Assembly: GCA_963766715.1 (NCBI GenBank)
Contig: CAVYBH010000008.1
Location: 768,001 to 832,000, forward strand
Length of the DNA: 64,000 bases
Reading direction: 5' to 3'
Source: an uncultured delta proteobacterium
GTDB taxonomy: Bacteria > Myxococcota > Myxococcia > Myxococcales > Anaeromyxobacteraceae
The notes below the pieces were generated by a model that was given only the letters and a program-made list of their open reading frames with translations, was not told where the DNA came from and ran no database searches. Of this stretch, positions 11,778 through 23,582 are shown in pieces. The position numbers and the translations under genes were made by a program. The stretch's first letter is position 1. Each line of letters starts with the position of its first letter.

Positions 11778-11823
11778 TTGCAGTTTGCAACCACCGTCCC
11801 CGCCGCGGAGTTGCGAACCGCAG
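11778..11823. promoter_or_regulatory. Tandem dyad sites, putative enhancer-binding-protein UAS
   Basis: TTGCAGTTTGCAA (11778-11790) and TTGCGAACCGCAG (11811-11823), starts 33 bp apart, upstream of the sigma-54 promoter. Confidence 0.5.
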
Positions 11824-11825
11824 CC

Positions 11826-14759
<2,934 letters not shown>

Positions 14760-14864
14760 GGCTCCCCCCGGAGCGACTTCCCGGATCGTGCCACACCGGC
14801 CCTCCCGGCCGGCGTGCCAGGAGGGTCCCCTCCCTTCGGCGTGCGGGGACCTCCCGCCCGGGTG

Positions 14865-16103
14865 CTAGCCGGGGGTCTTCTCGGTCTCCCGCCGGGTCGC
14901 GGCGGGGCGCATCCGCATCAGCTCCCCGTACTTGAGCCGCTCCTCGAGGCGGCAGGACCAGACCAGCTGGCCGTCGTGGACGGTCATGTCCGGGCAGGAG
15001 TCGCACATCGACTGCCGGCCGTCCTCGAGCACGTCCACCGGCTGGATGATCATCACGGACTGCAGGTGAAGCGGACGGGCCAGGCGGAAGGGATTCCGGG
15101 CGGCCGAGCGGGCCCAGGCGGCCGCGGCCTTGCGGAGCCCCGGGTCGATGGCGCCGAGCGCCAGCATGCTGCGCGCGCTGGCGTGCACCTTGGGCGGCAC
15201 GTACCCGAGGTAACGCCCCTTCACCAGGTGGTTCCAGACCTGCGACAGCTCGACGAACTTCGGGCCGGCGCTCCCGTAGAAGCGATCCCGGTCGCCCACG
15301 AGCAGCGTCATGAGCCACTTGAAGGAGTCGGGGCGCTCGGTGCCGTTCAGGTAGGCGGCCGGCTCGAACTCCGGGAACCGCCCGCGGATGACGTCCACGA
15401 TCTCCTGCGCGTCGATGTCGGTCCGCTGGGGCGCCGCGCGGGTGTAGGTGAGCTGCCCGACCTCCACCTTCTCCTCCCCGGCGAAGTAGTCGAAGCGCTC
15501 CCGGACGGCGGCGCGGAAGGCGATGAAGACGAGGATGTGGACCTTGTCGGCGTGGCGCCGGCCCCAGTCGAGGATCTCCGGGACGAAGGGAAGGGTCTTC
15601 TCGTAGACGGTGGAGTTGAAGGCGCAGGACATCCCGCCCGCCTCGGCCACCTGCTCGGCGAACTCCAGCCGCAGCTCGTTCAGCTCGAGCTCGGTGGCGC
15701 CCTTCCAGCCCGGCCGGGTCTGCAGGCTGTCGACGTGGAAGGTGAAGCCGGCAGCGCCGGCGGCCTTGAGGTCGCGGAGCAGGGACGGGGTGAGCCCGTG
15801 CCCGTTGGTGTTCACCACGGGCTTCAGGCCGCGCGAGGCGATCATCCGGACCACCTCGACGATCTCCGGGTGGACGAGCGGATCGCCTCCGGCCACCGAC
15901 ACGGCGTCGGTCTGGCGGAACTTCTCGAAGACGTCGAGGTCGGCGCGAACCTGCGCGAGCGACTTGTGGCTGCCCTTGGCGTTCGCCGAGTAGCAGCCGT
16001 CGCAGTAGATGTTGCACTCCTTGGTCGGCTCGAGCCAGGAGATGACGTTGTCGGTGAGGCTCCAGGGGAGCCGGTAGAGCTTGCGATGGTCGAGCTTCTT
16101 CAC
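14865..16103 (-). CDS. Radical SAM protein of unknown function
   Basis: CNIYCDGC (CxxxCxxC), GGDP, NTNG; C-terminal CDSCPD..SCRL cysteines. Confidence 0.88.
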   Translation of the reverse strand: MKKLDHRKLYRLPWSLTDNVISWLEPTKECNIYCDGCYSANAKGSHKSLAQVRADLDVFEKFRQTDAVSVAGGDPLVHPEIVEVVRMIASRGLKPVVNTNGHGLTPSLLRDLKAAGAAGFTFHVDSLQTRPGWKGATELELNELRLEFAEQVAEAGGMSCAFNSTVYEKTLPFVPEILDWGRRHADKVHILVFIAFRAAVRERFDYFAGEEKVEVGQLTYTRAAPQRTDIDAQEIVDVIRGRFPEFEPAAYLNGTERPDSFKWLMTLLVGDRDRFYGSAGPKFVELSQVWNHLVKGRYLGYVPPKVHASARSMLALGAIDPGLRKAAAAWARSAARNPFRLARPLHLQSVMIIQPVDVLEDGRQSMCDSCPDMTVHDGQLVWSCRLEERLKYGELMRMRPAATRRETEKTPG

Positions 16104-16270
16104 GGACGCCTCCCGGGCCCTCGGGCCTCGAAAAGGGCGGAATGTAGTCGCCTCGCACGGGGTGTCAACGAACGCTTTCTCGCGCTTCGTCGGCCCGAAT
16201 CCGGTCCACATCGTGGCGGCCACCCCTCAGGGGCGGACCTTCCCGGCCGGGACGGCTCTATGTTGCCCGG

Positions 16271-16854
16271 ATGCCCTCGCTCCTCCGGATCGCCGCGCTC
16301 GCCTGCGCTGGTCTCCCTCGCCGCCTGCGCCACCCTCGACACCTCCGCCAAGCCGACCGTCCCGGTCCCGATGTCGGCCGTCCCCGCCGGCGCGCCCGGC
16401 CAGAACCCCGGGATCTCGGGCGAGGTCGTCTGGGCCGACCTGTCGCAGGCCCAGACCCGGCGCGCCCGCTTCGACGACTGGCTCGATCAGCGGTCCGTCC
16501 GTGAAGATCGGCCGGCGCCCCGACGGGATCTGGGCCGGCACGCTCCTCGGCACCCCGGTCACGCTCTCCCCGAGCATGGGCAACATCTCCGGGTCGGGCG
16601 TGGATCTCTCCATCGAGTGGCACGGCACCGGCACCTGGATCACCGGTTCCTGCTTCGGGGCCCCGGTGCGGTTCGAGATCTCCGGGGTCCACGTGAAGGG
16701 CAACGCGGGTGCGAACGTGTTCGACCTGAACGCGCTCGGCCCGGGCCAGTTCGGCGACGCGCAGGGCCTCCTCACCCTCTCCGGATCGGCGGCGCGAACC
16801 GACGCCGCCATGCCGCAGATGGCGCTGGCGATGCTCGCGGTGCTCCTCCGCTAG
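16271..16854 (+). CDS. Hypothetical lipoprotein (frameshifted)
   Basis: Lipobox LVSLAAC, then a beta-rich domain ending MPQMALAMLAVLLR*. Confidence 0.55.
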
Positions 16855-16855
16855 C

Positions 16856-17533
16856 TCAGGGCGCGATCACGAGCCCCAGGCTCAGGTCTCCCTGCACGAG
16901 CGGGATGCCCGAGTTGACCGTCAGCGCGGCGCCGTTCGGTCCGGACAGGAACGCTCCCGAGGTGAAGTAGACCGGCATGAAGAACCGGACCCCGGCCCGC
17001 AGCCCGATGGAGTCGGAGAGGTACCACTTCACTCCGAGTCCCAGGTTGAAGGCGAAGAGCCAGGTGTCCGCGGGCTGGATCGTCAGCTGACCGGGAACCT
17101 GCACGTCGGAGGGGCTGAACCAGACCACCCCGAGGCCGCCCGAGAGGTACGGCTCGAGCTTCCCCTGCTGGAAGGTGGTGAGGCCGCCGAGCTGGAGGTA
17201 CTGGGTGGTCACCCCGAACGACGGGGTCGACGCGTAGAAGGAGCTGGTCGAGGCGAATCGCGCCTGCGGACGGGCGAAGACGTAGAGGATCTCGACCTGC
17301 GACTTGTGGTCCACCTGGAAGTCGAGCGCGAGGCTGGCCTCGGGGGCCGCGCCGAAGATCACCGTGCCGGCCGAGGTGTTCACCTGCGTGCTCCAGAAGA
17401 GGCCGCCGGACGGCGTGATCTCGAGGTTTCGCGGCGACGGCTCCACGTAGGGCTGCGCGGCCGCGGGCGCCGCCGCGGCGACGAGCAGGGCGGCGGCGAT
17501 CCAGGCGGCTCGGGTTCGCTCTCAAGGGTCCAT
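16856..17533 (-). CDS. Outer-membrane beta-barrel protein (OmpW/Ail-like)
   Basis: Signal peptide AAWIAAALLVAAAPAAAQ, LEITPSGG, LEPYLSGGLG, FAFNLGLGVKWYL, terminal strand LSLGLVIAP; start disrupted. Confidence 0.7.
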
Positions 17534-17590
17534 CCTCCGGGGACGAGCGTAGCAGCCGCCCACCGGCGGGGGTATCTTCGAGATCGAGCC

Positions 17591-17927
17591 ATGAAGCTCC
17601 TCTTCCGCGGCATCTTCTGGGGCCGTCGCCGTGGTGGGGCTGGCCGCCGCGCACGTGGCCACGCGGACCCTCGTCCTCCGGCCGGTGGGCCACCCCGGTT
17701 TCTCCTTCGAGCCCGGGCAGTTCGCCTGGCTGAACATGGGCCGGACTCCCTTCCACCTGGAGCAGCACCCCATCTCCATGTCGTCGGGCGGCGACGTGGC
17801 GCGCGTCTGGGTGGACGGCCCCTACGGCGTCTTCTCTCCCGACCGCGAGGAAGGGCCCGGCTACGTGCTCATCGGCGGCGGCATCGGCGTCGTCCCGCCG
17901 ACGGCCGCACGCCCCTCCCTGCCCTGA
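17591..17927 (+). pseudogene. Internally deleted remnant of a ferric-reductase-like / ferredoxin-NADP reductase family gene
   Basis: FEPGQFAWL, HPISMSS, VDGPYG and IGGGIGV motifs compressed into about 110 codons. Confidence 0.6.
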
Positions 17928-17961
17928 CGCGATCGCGCGGGGCGATGTAGAGTCTCGCCCC

Positions 17962-18201
17962 ATGCTTTGCCCGGAGTGTGGTTCCGACCGGCTTCGACCC
18001 TCCCGCCCGAAGGGGCCCGTGGAGAGGGCGGTGCGCAGCCTCACCAAGACGCGCTACCACGAGTGCTCGGTGTGCGGCACGCGCGCCCGCTTCGAGCGGA
18101 AGGCCCGCGACGCCGACGACGACGGCGTGGACGTCGTCTTCTGGGTGGTCGTCGCCTTGCTCGGCGTCGGCTTCATCGCCCTGCTCCGCTGGGTGGGCTG
18201 A
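17962..18201 (+). CDS. Small zinc-ribbon protein with C-terminal TM helix
   Basis: CPECG...CSVCG followed by VVFWVVVALLGVGFIALL. Confidence 0.6.
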   Translation: MLCPECGSDRLRPSRPKGPVERAVRSLTKTRYHECSVCGTRARFERKARDADDDGVDVVFWVVVALLGVGFIALLRWVG

Positions 18202-18211
18202 GCCCCGCGGC

Positions 18212-19090
18212 TTGGCCGGGCGCGACGCCACCGGACGGATCGCGGTGCCCGGCGGGAACGTCTGGTACCGCGTCGCGGGCAACGGCCCGGGAACGCCGCT
18301 CCTGCTCCTCCACGGTGGACCGGGGTTCCCGAGCCAGTACCTGGAGCCGCTCGCGGCGCTCGGCGACGAGCGGCCGGTGATCTTCTACGACCAGCTGGGG
18401 TGCGGCCAATCCGACCGTCCCGCCGACCCGGGACTCTGGCGGGTCGAGCGCTTCGTCCAGGAGGTGGCCGCGGTGCGCGAGGCGCTGGGGCTGTCCCGCG
18501 TGATCCTGCACGGCCACTCGTGGGGCGGCGCCCTGGCGGTCGAGACCGCGCTCTCCGGGGCTCCGGGCCTCGCCGGCCTGGTCCTGGCGAGCCCGCTGCT
18601 CGACGCCCGGCGCTGGCTCGCCGACGCCGACCGCCTCCGTCGCGAGCTCCCCGCCGGCGTGCAGGAGACGCTGCGGCGCCACGAGGCCGCGGGCACGACC
18701 GGCTCGCCGGAGTACGAGCAGGCCACGCTCGCCTTCTACCGCCGCTTCGTGTGCCGCCGCGATCCCTGGCCGCCGGAGATGGACGAGTCGCTCTCGCAGC
18801 TCGGGCAGGCCTGCTACCTCTCCATGTGGGGACCGAGCGAGTTCCATCCCACCGGACTCCTGCGCGCCTACGACGTGACCGGGCGCCTCGGCGAGCTCCG
18901 GATCCCCACCTTGTTCACCGTGGGTCGATTCGACGAGGCCACCCCGGAGACCGTCGCCTCCTTCCAGGCCCGGGTTCCGGGCGCCGGGCTGGCCATCCTC
19001 GAGCGGAGCGCGCACATGACCATGCTCGACGAGCCGGCCGCCTACGTCGCCGTGCTGCGCCGGTTCCTGGAGGGCGTCGACCGGGGCTAG
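18212..19090 (+). CDS. Proline iminopeptidase-family alpha/beta hydrolase
   Basis: LHGGPG, YDQLGCG, GHSWGG nucleophile, GPSEF, SAH. Confidence 0.88.
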   Translation: MAGRDATGRIAVPGGNVWYRVAGNGPGTPLLLLHGGPGFPSQYLEPLAALGDERPVIFYDQLGCGQSDRPADPGLWRVERFVQEVAAVREALGLSRVILHGHSWGGALAVETALSGAPGLAGLVLASPLLDARRWLADADRLRRELPAGVQETLRRHEAAGTTGSPEYEQATLAFYRRFVCRRDPWPPEMDESLSQLGQACYLSMWGPSEFHPTGLLRAYDVTGRLGELRIPTLFTVGRFDEATPETVASFQARVPGAGLAILERSAHMTMLDEPAAYVAVLRRFLEGVDRG

Positions 19091-19280
19091 CCGCCTCCCG
19101 GCCCGCTCCCCGGCGCCCCGCGCCGCCTCGGCGATCGCCGCGACGGCGGGGTGGCGAAGCCGCCGCTCCACCGAGATGGCGTAGAAGCGCTCGCGGATCT
19201 CGTCGGTGCGCCCCAGCACGCCCACCCCGAACTGGGCGCAGACCTCCTTCTCGATCATGGCGGAGGCGAAGAACACCGCG
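19087..19280 (-). pseudogene. C-terminal fragment of an NhaR-like LysR regulator
   Basis: MIEKEVCAQFGVGVLGRTDEIRERFYAISVERRLRHPAVAAIAEAAR resembles the NhaR C-terminus; HTH and most of the effector domain are missing. Confidence 0.65.
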
Positions 19281-19332
19281 GAATATTCATTCAGAATACC
19301 GAAGTGAGACGTAGAAACTACGTATTGTTCTC
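19281..19332. promoter_or_regulatory. AT-rich LysR-type operator region upstream of terC
   Basis: AT-rich island with a TTC...GAA dyad (ttcagaataccgaa) between the nhaR remnant and terC. Confidence 0.4.
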
Positions 19333-19396
19333 ACCCGGGACGCCGCCTAGAAGACCTCCTCGCGGCGACTCCCGCCGCGCAGGAGAGACGGAGGCG

Positions 19397-20539
19397 ATGG
19401 AGCACGGCATCCTCGAGTGGTCGGCCTTCCTGGCCTTCGTCCTGGCCATGCTGGGGCTCGACCTGGGCGTCTTCCACCGCAAGGACCACGTCGTCGGTCC
19501 CCGGGAGGCGCTGGGCTGGTCGGTGCTCTGGGTGTCGCTCTCGCTGGCGTTCGGTGGCTACGTCTGGATCCGCTTCGGCGCCGACACCGGTCTCCAGTTC
19601 CTGACCGGCTACGTCATCGAGAAGTCGCTCTCGGTCGACAACGTCTTCGTCTTCGTCGTCATCTTCGGCGCGCTGGGCATCCCGCCCATCTACCAGCACC
19701 GCGTCCTCTTCTGGGGCATCCTCTCCGCGCTGGTGATGCGCGGCGGGATGATCGCGGCCGGGTCGGCGCTGCTCTCCCGCTTCCACTGGATCATCTACGT
19801 CTTCGGGGCCTTCCTGGTGCTCACCGGCGTGAAGCTCCTGCTCGCCCGCGGCGCGGCCGATCGCCCCCAGGACAGCGCGGTCTTCCGCTTCCTCCGCCGG
19901 ATCGTCCCGGCCAGCCCGGAGCTCGACGGCAACCACTTCTTCACGAAGGCGACCGGCAGGTGGCTCGCCACGCCCCTCTTCTTCGCGCTCGCCCTCATCG
20001 AGGTGACCGACGTGATCTTCGCGGTCGACTCCATCCCCGCCATCTTCGCGGTGACGAGCGACCCCTACATCGTCTTCACCTCGAACGTCTTCGCCATCCT
20101 GGGGCTGCGCTCCCTCTACTTCCTGCTCGCCAGCTTCGTCTCGAAGTTCACCTACCTGAAGCCGTCGCTGGCCTTCGTCCTCCTGTTCGTGGGCGGGAAG
20201 ATGGCGCTCGTCGACGTGGTGAAGATCCCCGCCGCAGCCTCGCTCGGCGTGGTGACGGCCATCCTCGCCGTGGGGATCGTGGCCTCGGTGATCCGCAACC
20301 GACGCGACGCGGCCGCGGCGGCCGCGGCGCCGCCCGCCGCCGAACCTGCCCGCGCGCATCGAGGGAACGTGACCGGCCCGGTCAGGCCGGTACTGCGACC
20401 TTCCCGCCGCCCATCCGCTTCCACCGGCCGAGCAGGGTCTCCGACGAGACGCGGGCGAACTGGCCGCTCCCCTCCCTGCGGGGCAGGAGCTCGACGCCGG
20501 CCGGGGGCGCCTCGCCGAGGCCGACGACGGCCAAGGTGA
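19397..20539 (+). CDS. TerC/Alx family membrane protein (true stop probably earlier, near 20370)
   Basis: GYVIEKSLSVDNVFVF, YQHRVLFWG, EVTDVIFAVDSIPA, TSNVFAILGLRSLYF; GGAGG RBS. Confidence 0.92.
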   Translation: MEHGILEWSAFLAFVLAMLGLDLGVFHRKDHVVGPREALGWSVLWVSLSLAFGGYVWIRFGADTGLQFLTGYVIEKSLSVDNVFVFVVIFGALGIPPIYQHRVLFWGILSALVMRGGMIAAGSALLSRFHWIIYVFGAFLVLTGVKLLLARGAADRPQDSAVFRFLRRIVPASPELDGNHFFTKATGRWLATPLFFALALIEVTDVIFAVDSIPAIFAVTSDPYIVFTSNVFAILGLRSLYFLLASFVSKFTYLKPSLAFVLLFVGGKMALVDVVKIPAAASLGVVTAILAVGIVASVIRNRRDAAAAAAAPPAAEPARAHRGNVTGPVRPVLRPSRRPSASTGRAGSPTRRGRTGRSPPCGAGARRRPGAPRRGRRRPR

Positions 20540-20690
20540 GCACGTCGCCCTCGACGGCGTGGACCTGCCCGATGAGCAGCCTCTCCTCTCCGCGCAAGCT
20601 CCACACGGATCCCAGCCAGGACGTTGTCTGCACGAGATGCCCCTTCCGAGATGAGAACCTACTCATCCCGAAAATCCGCTGACATCCCAC
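20382..20690 (-). CDS. Hypothetical protein
   Basis: Short ORF with globular-like composition following the cytochrome gene; overlaps the extended terC tail. Confidence 0.3.
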   Translation of the reverse strand: MGCQRIFGMSRFSSRKGHLVQTTSWLGSVWSLRGEERLLIGQVHAVEGDVLTLAVVGLGEAPPAGVELLPRREGSGQFARVSSETLLGRWKRMGGGKVAVPA

Positions 20691-20736
20691 GATCCTGGGT
20701 CCTCATCCGGGGCTCGCCGGGCGTGACCTGGATCAG

Positions 20737-23081
20737 TTATCGGGCGACCGGACCGGCCGCGCGGGGCGGCGGGGCGCCCTGCCTCAGCGCCGCCGCTTCC
20801 TCGGCCCGTCCCTGCCGCGCGTAGACGTCGGCGAGCAGGCGGTAGGTCTCGACGTGCCCGGGATCGGCGCGCAGGAGCGCCTCGAGGGTCGCGGCCGCGC
20901 CCCGGAGATCGCCGGCGCGCGCCTGGTAGAAGCCCAGGGTCCACGCGTAGCGCGAGTCGGCCGGGCGAAGCTCCACGGCCTTGCGGGCGAGCGGGACGGC
21001 CTCGGCCGGCTTCCGCTCCCCGACCAGCACCGCCAGGTTGAACGCGGCCGGCGCCATCCGGGGGTCGGAGGCCAGCGCGTCCCGCAGGGCCTTCTCGGCG
21101 CCCGCGCGGTCGCCTCGCTCGGCCAGCAGGAGCCCCAGGTTGAAGGAGATGCCGGCGTGGGCGGGCTGCTGCGCGTGGGCCTCCCGGAGCAGGCGCTCGG
21201 CCTCCTCGGCGCGGCCGTTCACGGCGAGCAACATGGCCAGGTTGCCCCGCGCCAGGAAGAGCTGGTCGTCGACGGCGAGCGCGCGACGGTACTGCTTCTC
21301 GGCGTCGGCGGTGCGTCCCAGCGTGGCGTAGAGGTTGCCCAGGTTGTAGGGGCCGGAGGGCATGTCGGACATGTAGCGCTGCCCGTCCTCGTACTCCTGG
21401 AGCGCCGCCGCCCAGGTCTTGCGCTGGGCCTCGGTGAGCCGCTGCGACGGAGGGCCCGCCAGGCGCGCCGCGGCCTCGGCCCGCACCCAGCGGATCGGGT
21501 CCTGGAGGAGCGGAGCGAGCAGCCTCGCCAGCGCGCCGGGATCGGCGGCCTCGGCCCGCTGCACGGCGGTGACCCGCAGGAGCGGGTCGGGGTCGGCGAG
21601 GGCCCTCTCCACCGCGGCGCTCGCGGCCGGTCCGGGGTAGCCCGAGAGCAGGTCGATGGCGGTGGCCCGGACCACTCCCGGACGCAGCGGATCCTGCGCG
21701 AGCTGGACGAGGTCGGCCTCCGCCCCCGGCGCACGGGCGCGCCCGGCGGCGATGACCGTGCCGTAGTGGGGCTTGCGCTTCTTCCCGTACCAGCCGTCGT
21801 ACTTGGCCTGCACCCAGGGGAGCGGCTTGTCGGCGTGGCAGCCGGAGGCGCTGCAGGCGTTCGGCACCCCGATCGACGCGGTGAGGTCGGGGCGCGGCAC
21901 GCGCATGGAGTGGTCGCGCCGGAAGTGCACCACCATGAAGTTCTGCCCGGGCATGTGGCAGGAGACGCAGAGCACGCCGGCGCTGGGCTTTCCCTGCCAC
22001 TCGCGCTTGTGGAAGGTGTGCGTGGCCGCGTCGTAGGTGTCGGCCCGGTGGCAGCGGGTGCAGAGCTCGTTCCCCTCCTTGTGCCGCTTCCCGGAGTGGA
22101 CGTCGTGGCAGTCGGTGCAGCGGACGCCGTTCGCGTGCATCTTGCTCTGCGTGAAGGCGTGCCACTCGAAGTCCTCGTCCAGGATCTGGCCGTCGGCGTG
22201 GAACGTCCCCTGTCCGAGCAGGGTGGGCAGGTAGTGGTCGAGGAGCTCCCCGCCGGGCGCGGCCGGGTCGCCGAACTGGGCCCGCCGCGAGTGGCAGGGC
22301 GCGCACAGGTTCACGAGCTCCGGCTGGGTGAGCCGGGTCGTCTTCGCCACCAGTCCGGCGTTCTCGACGGGCGTGCGCCCCATGGCCGGCTGGTCGGCCC
22401 AGGCCACGTGGCGCGAGCCCGGGCCGTGGCAGCCCTCGCACCCCACCATGATCTCCGACCAGGTGGTCTGGTAGGCGTCGGCCTCCGGGTCGAAGCGCTT
22501 CCGCACCGCCGTGGAGTGGCAGTCGGAGCACATGGCGTTCCAGTTCTGCCCCGGGCGCGTCCAGTGGAGCCAGTCGCCCGGCGGCGCGGCGCCGCGGGGA
22601 TCGACGTGGAACCAGCGCCGGGCCTTCGTGTCCCAGGCGGCCGAGAGGGTCTGCAGGCGGCCGCCCGGAAAGGCGACGAGGTACTGCTGCAGCGGCTCCA
22701 CGCCGAAGGTGTAGGCCACCTCGTAGTCGCGCATCTCGCCGTCGGGCCCCTCGGCGTGGGCCATGAACTTCTCGCCCTGCCGGAAGAAGCGCCAGGTCTT
22801 GCCCCGGTGCTGGAGGGTCGCGCCGCCGAAGTCGCCGAGGACGAGCCCATCCTTGGCCGCCTGCATGGCGCGCGCGTGGTTCGAGCCCTTCCAGCCCGCG
22901 TAGGCCTTCTCGTGGCAGGCCTTGCACTTCTCGCTCCCCACGTACTGGGCCTCGGCCGCCGGCGCGGTGCGCGGGGGGCGCAGCGAGCGCAGGCCGAGGT
23001 AGAGCGGCACCGAGAGGACGATGGCCGCCGTGGCGAGCCACCCCCGCGATCCGCCAGCGGCGCAGGGAGGGATCGATCCAT
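20737..23081 (-). CDS. Membrane-anchored multiheme cytochrome c with HEAT/TPR C-terminus
   Basis: 7 CxxCH motifs (CKACH, CSDCH, CEGCH, CAPCH, CTDCH, CTRCH, CVSCH) plus CSASGCH; TPR-like repeats YNLG, FNLG; N-terminal TM; start frameshifted. Confidence 0.9.
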
Positions 23082-23582
23082 CTAGAGGTACGTCACCTGC
23101 GCCGGGTCGAAGCGGGCCCGCTCGATGCGCCGGCTCGTGTCCACCTTCACGATGCCCCCCTCGATGACGACCGGGAAGAGGTCGAGGGCGCGCGTGGCCG
23201 GCGGCGAGAGGACGTCCCCCTTCTGGTCGAAGGTGGAGGCGTGGCACGGACAGGGGAAGACCTGGTCCTTCTGGTTCCAGGGGACCGTGCACCCGAGGTG
23301 CGTGCACCTGGACGAGAGGGCCAGGAAGCCGCCGTCGGCGAGGCGCACCAGGTAGAACTTGCCGCCCGGGAAGGGGCGGACCGACGCCGGGGTGAAGTCG
23401 GCGACCGGGCCGGCCACGACCAGCCCGGCGCCGCTCCCGGCGCCTCCCTTCGACGGGGCCAGGTACGCGACCACCACGGCGAGGACCTCGACCGCGGCGA
23501 GGATCCCGAGCCCCTTGCCGAGCTTGCCGAGGAAGTCGCGGCGCCCCTGCTCCCCGGGCTGGATGGCGGGAGGGGTGGTCAC
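23082..23582 (-). CDS. Rieske 2Fe-2S protein (QcrA/PetC-like)
   Basis: Tat motif GRRDFL, CTHLGC and CPCHAS ligand boxes, SPPATRAL. Confidence 0.9.
   Translation of the reverse strand: MTTPPAIQPGEQGRRDFLGKLGKGLGILAAVEVLAVVVAYLAPSKGGAGSGAGLVVAGPVADFTPASVRPFPGGKFYLVRLADGGFLALSSRCTHLGCTVPWNQKDQVFPCPCHASTFDQKGDVLSPPATRALDLFPVVIEGGIVKVDTSRRIERARFDPAQVTYL

Noticed and set aside
14865..16103. Radical SAM protein as the anaerobic sulfatase maturase (anSME)
   Set aside because: It lacks the Cys-rich SPASM domain and anSME N-terminal motifs, and lies 10 kb from the sulfatases with unrelated genes between.
17520..17533. In-frame TGA near gene starts (also 55000-55017) as selenocysteine or recoding
   Set aside because: Both fall in signal-peptide regions where an indel or alternative start explains them. 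TGA is used as a normal stop throughout the window.
19330..19397. yybP-ykoY manganese riboswitch before terC
   Set aside because: The leader is short and I could not recognise the consensus; only a simple hairpin is visible.
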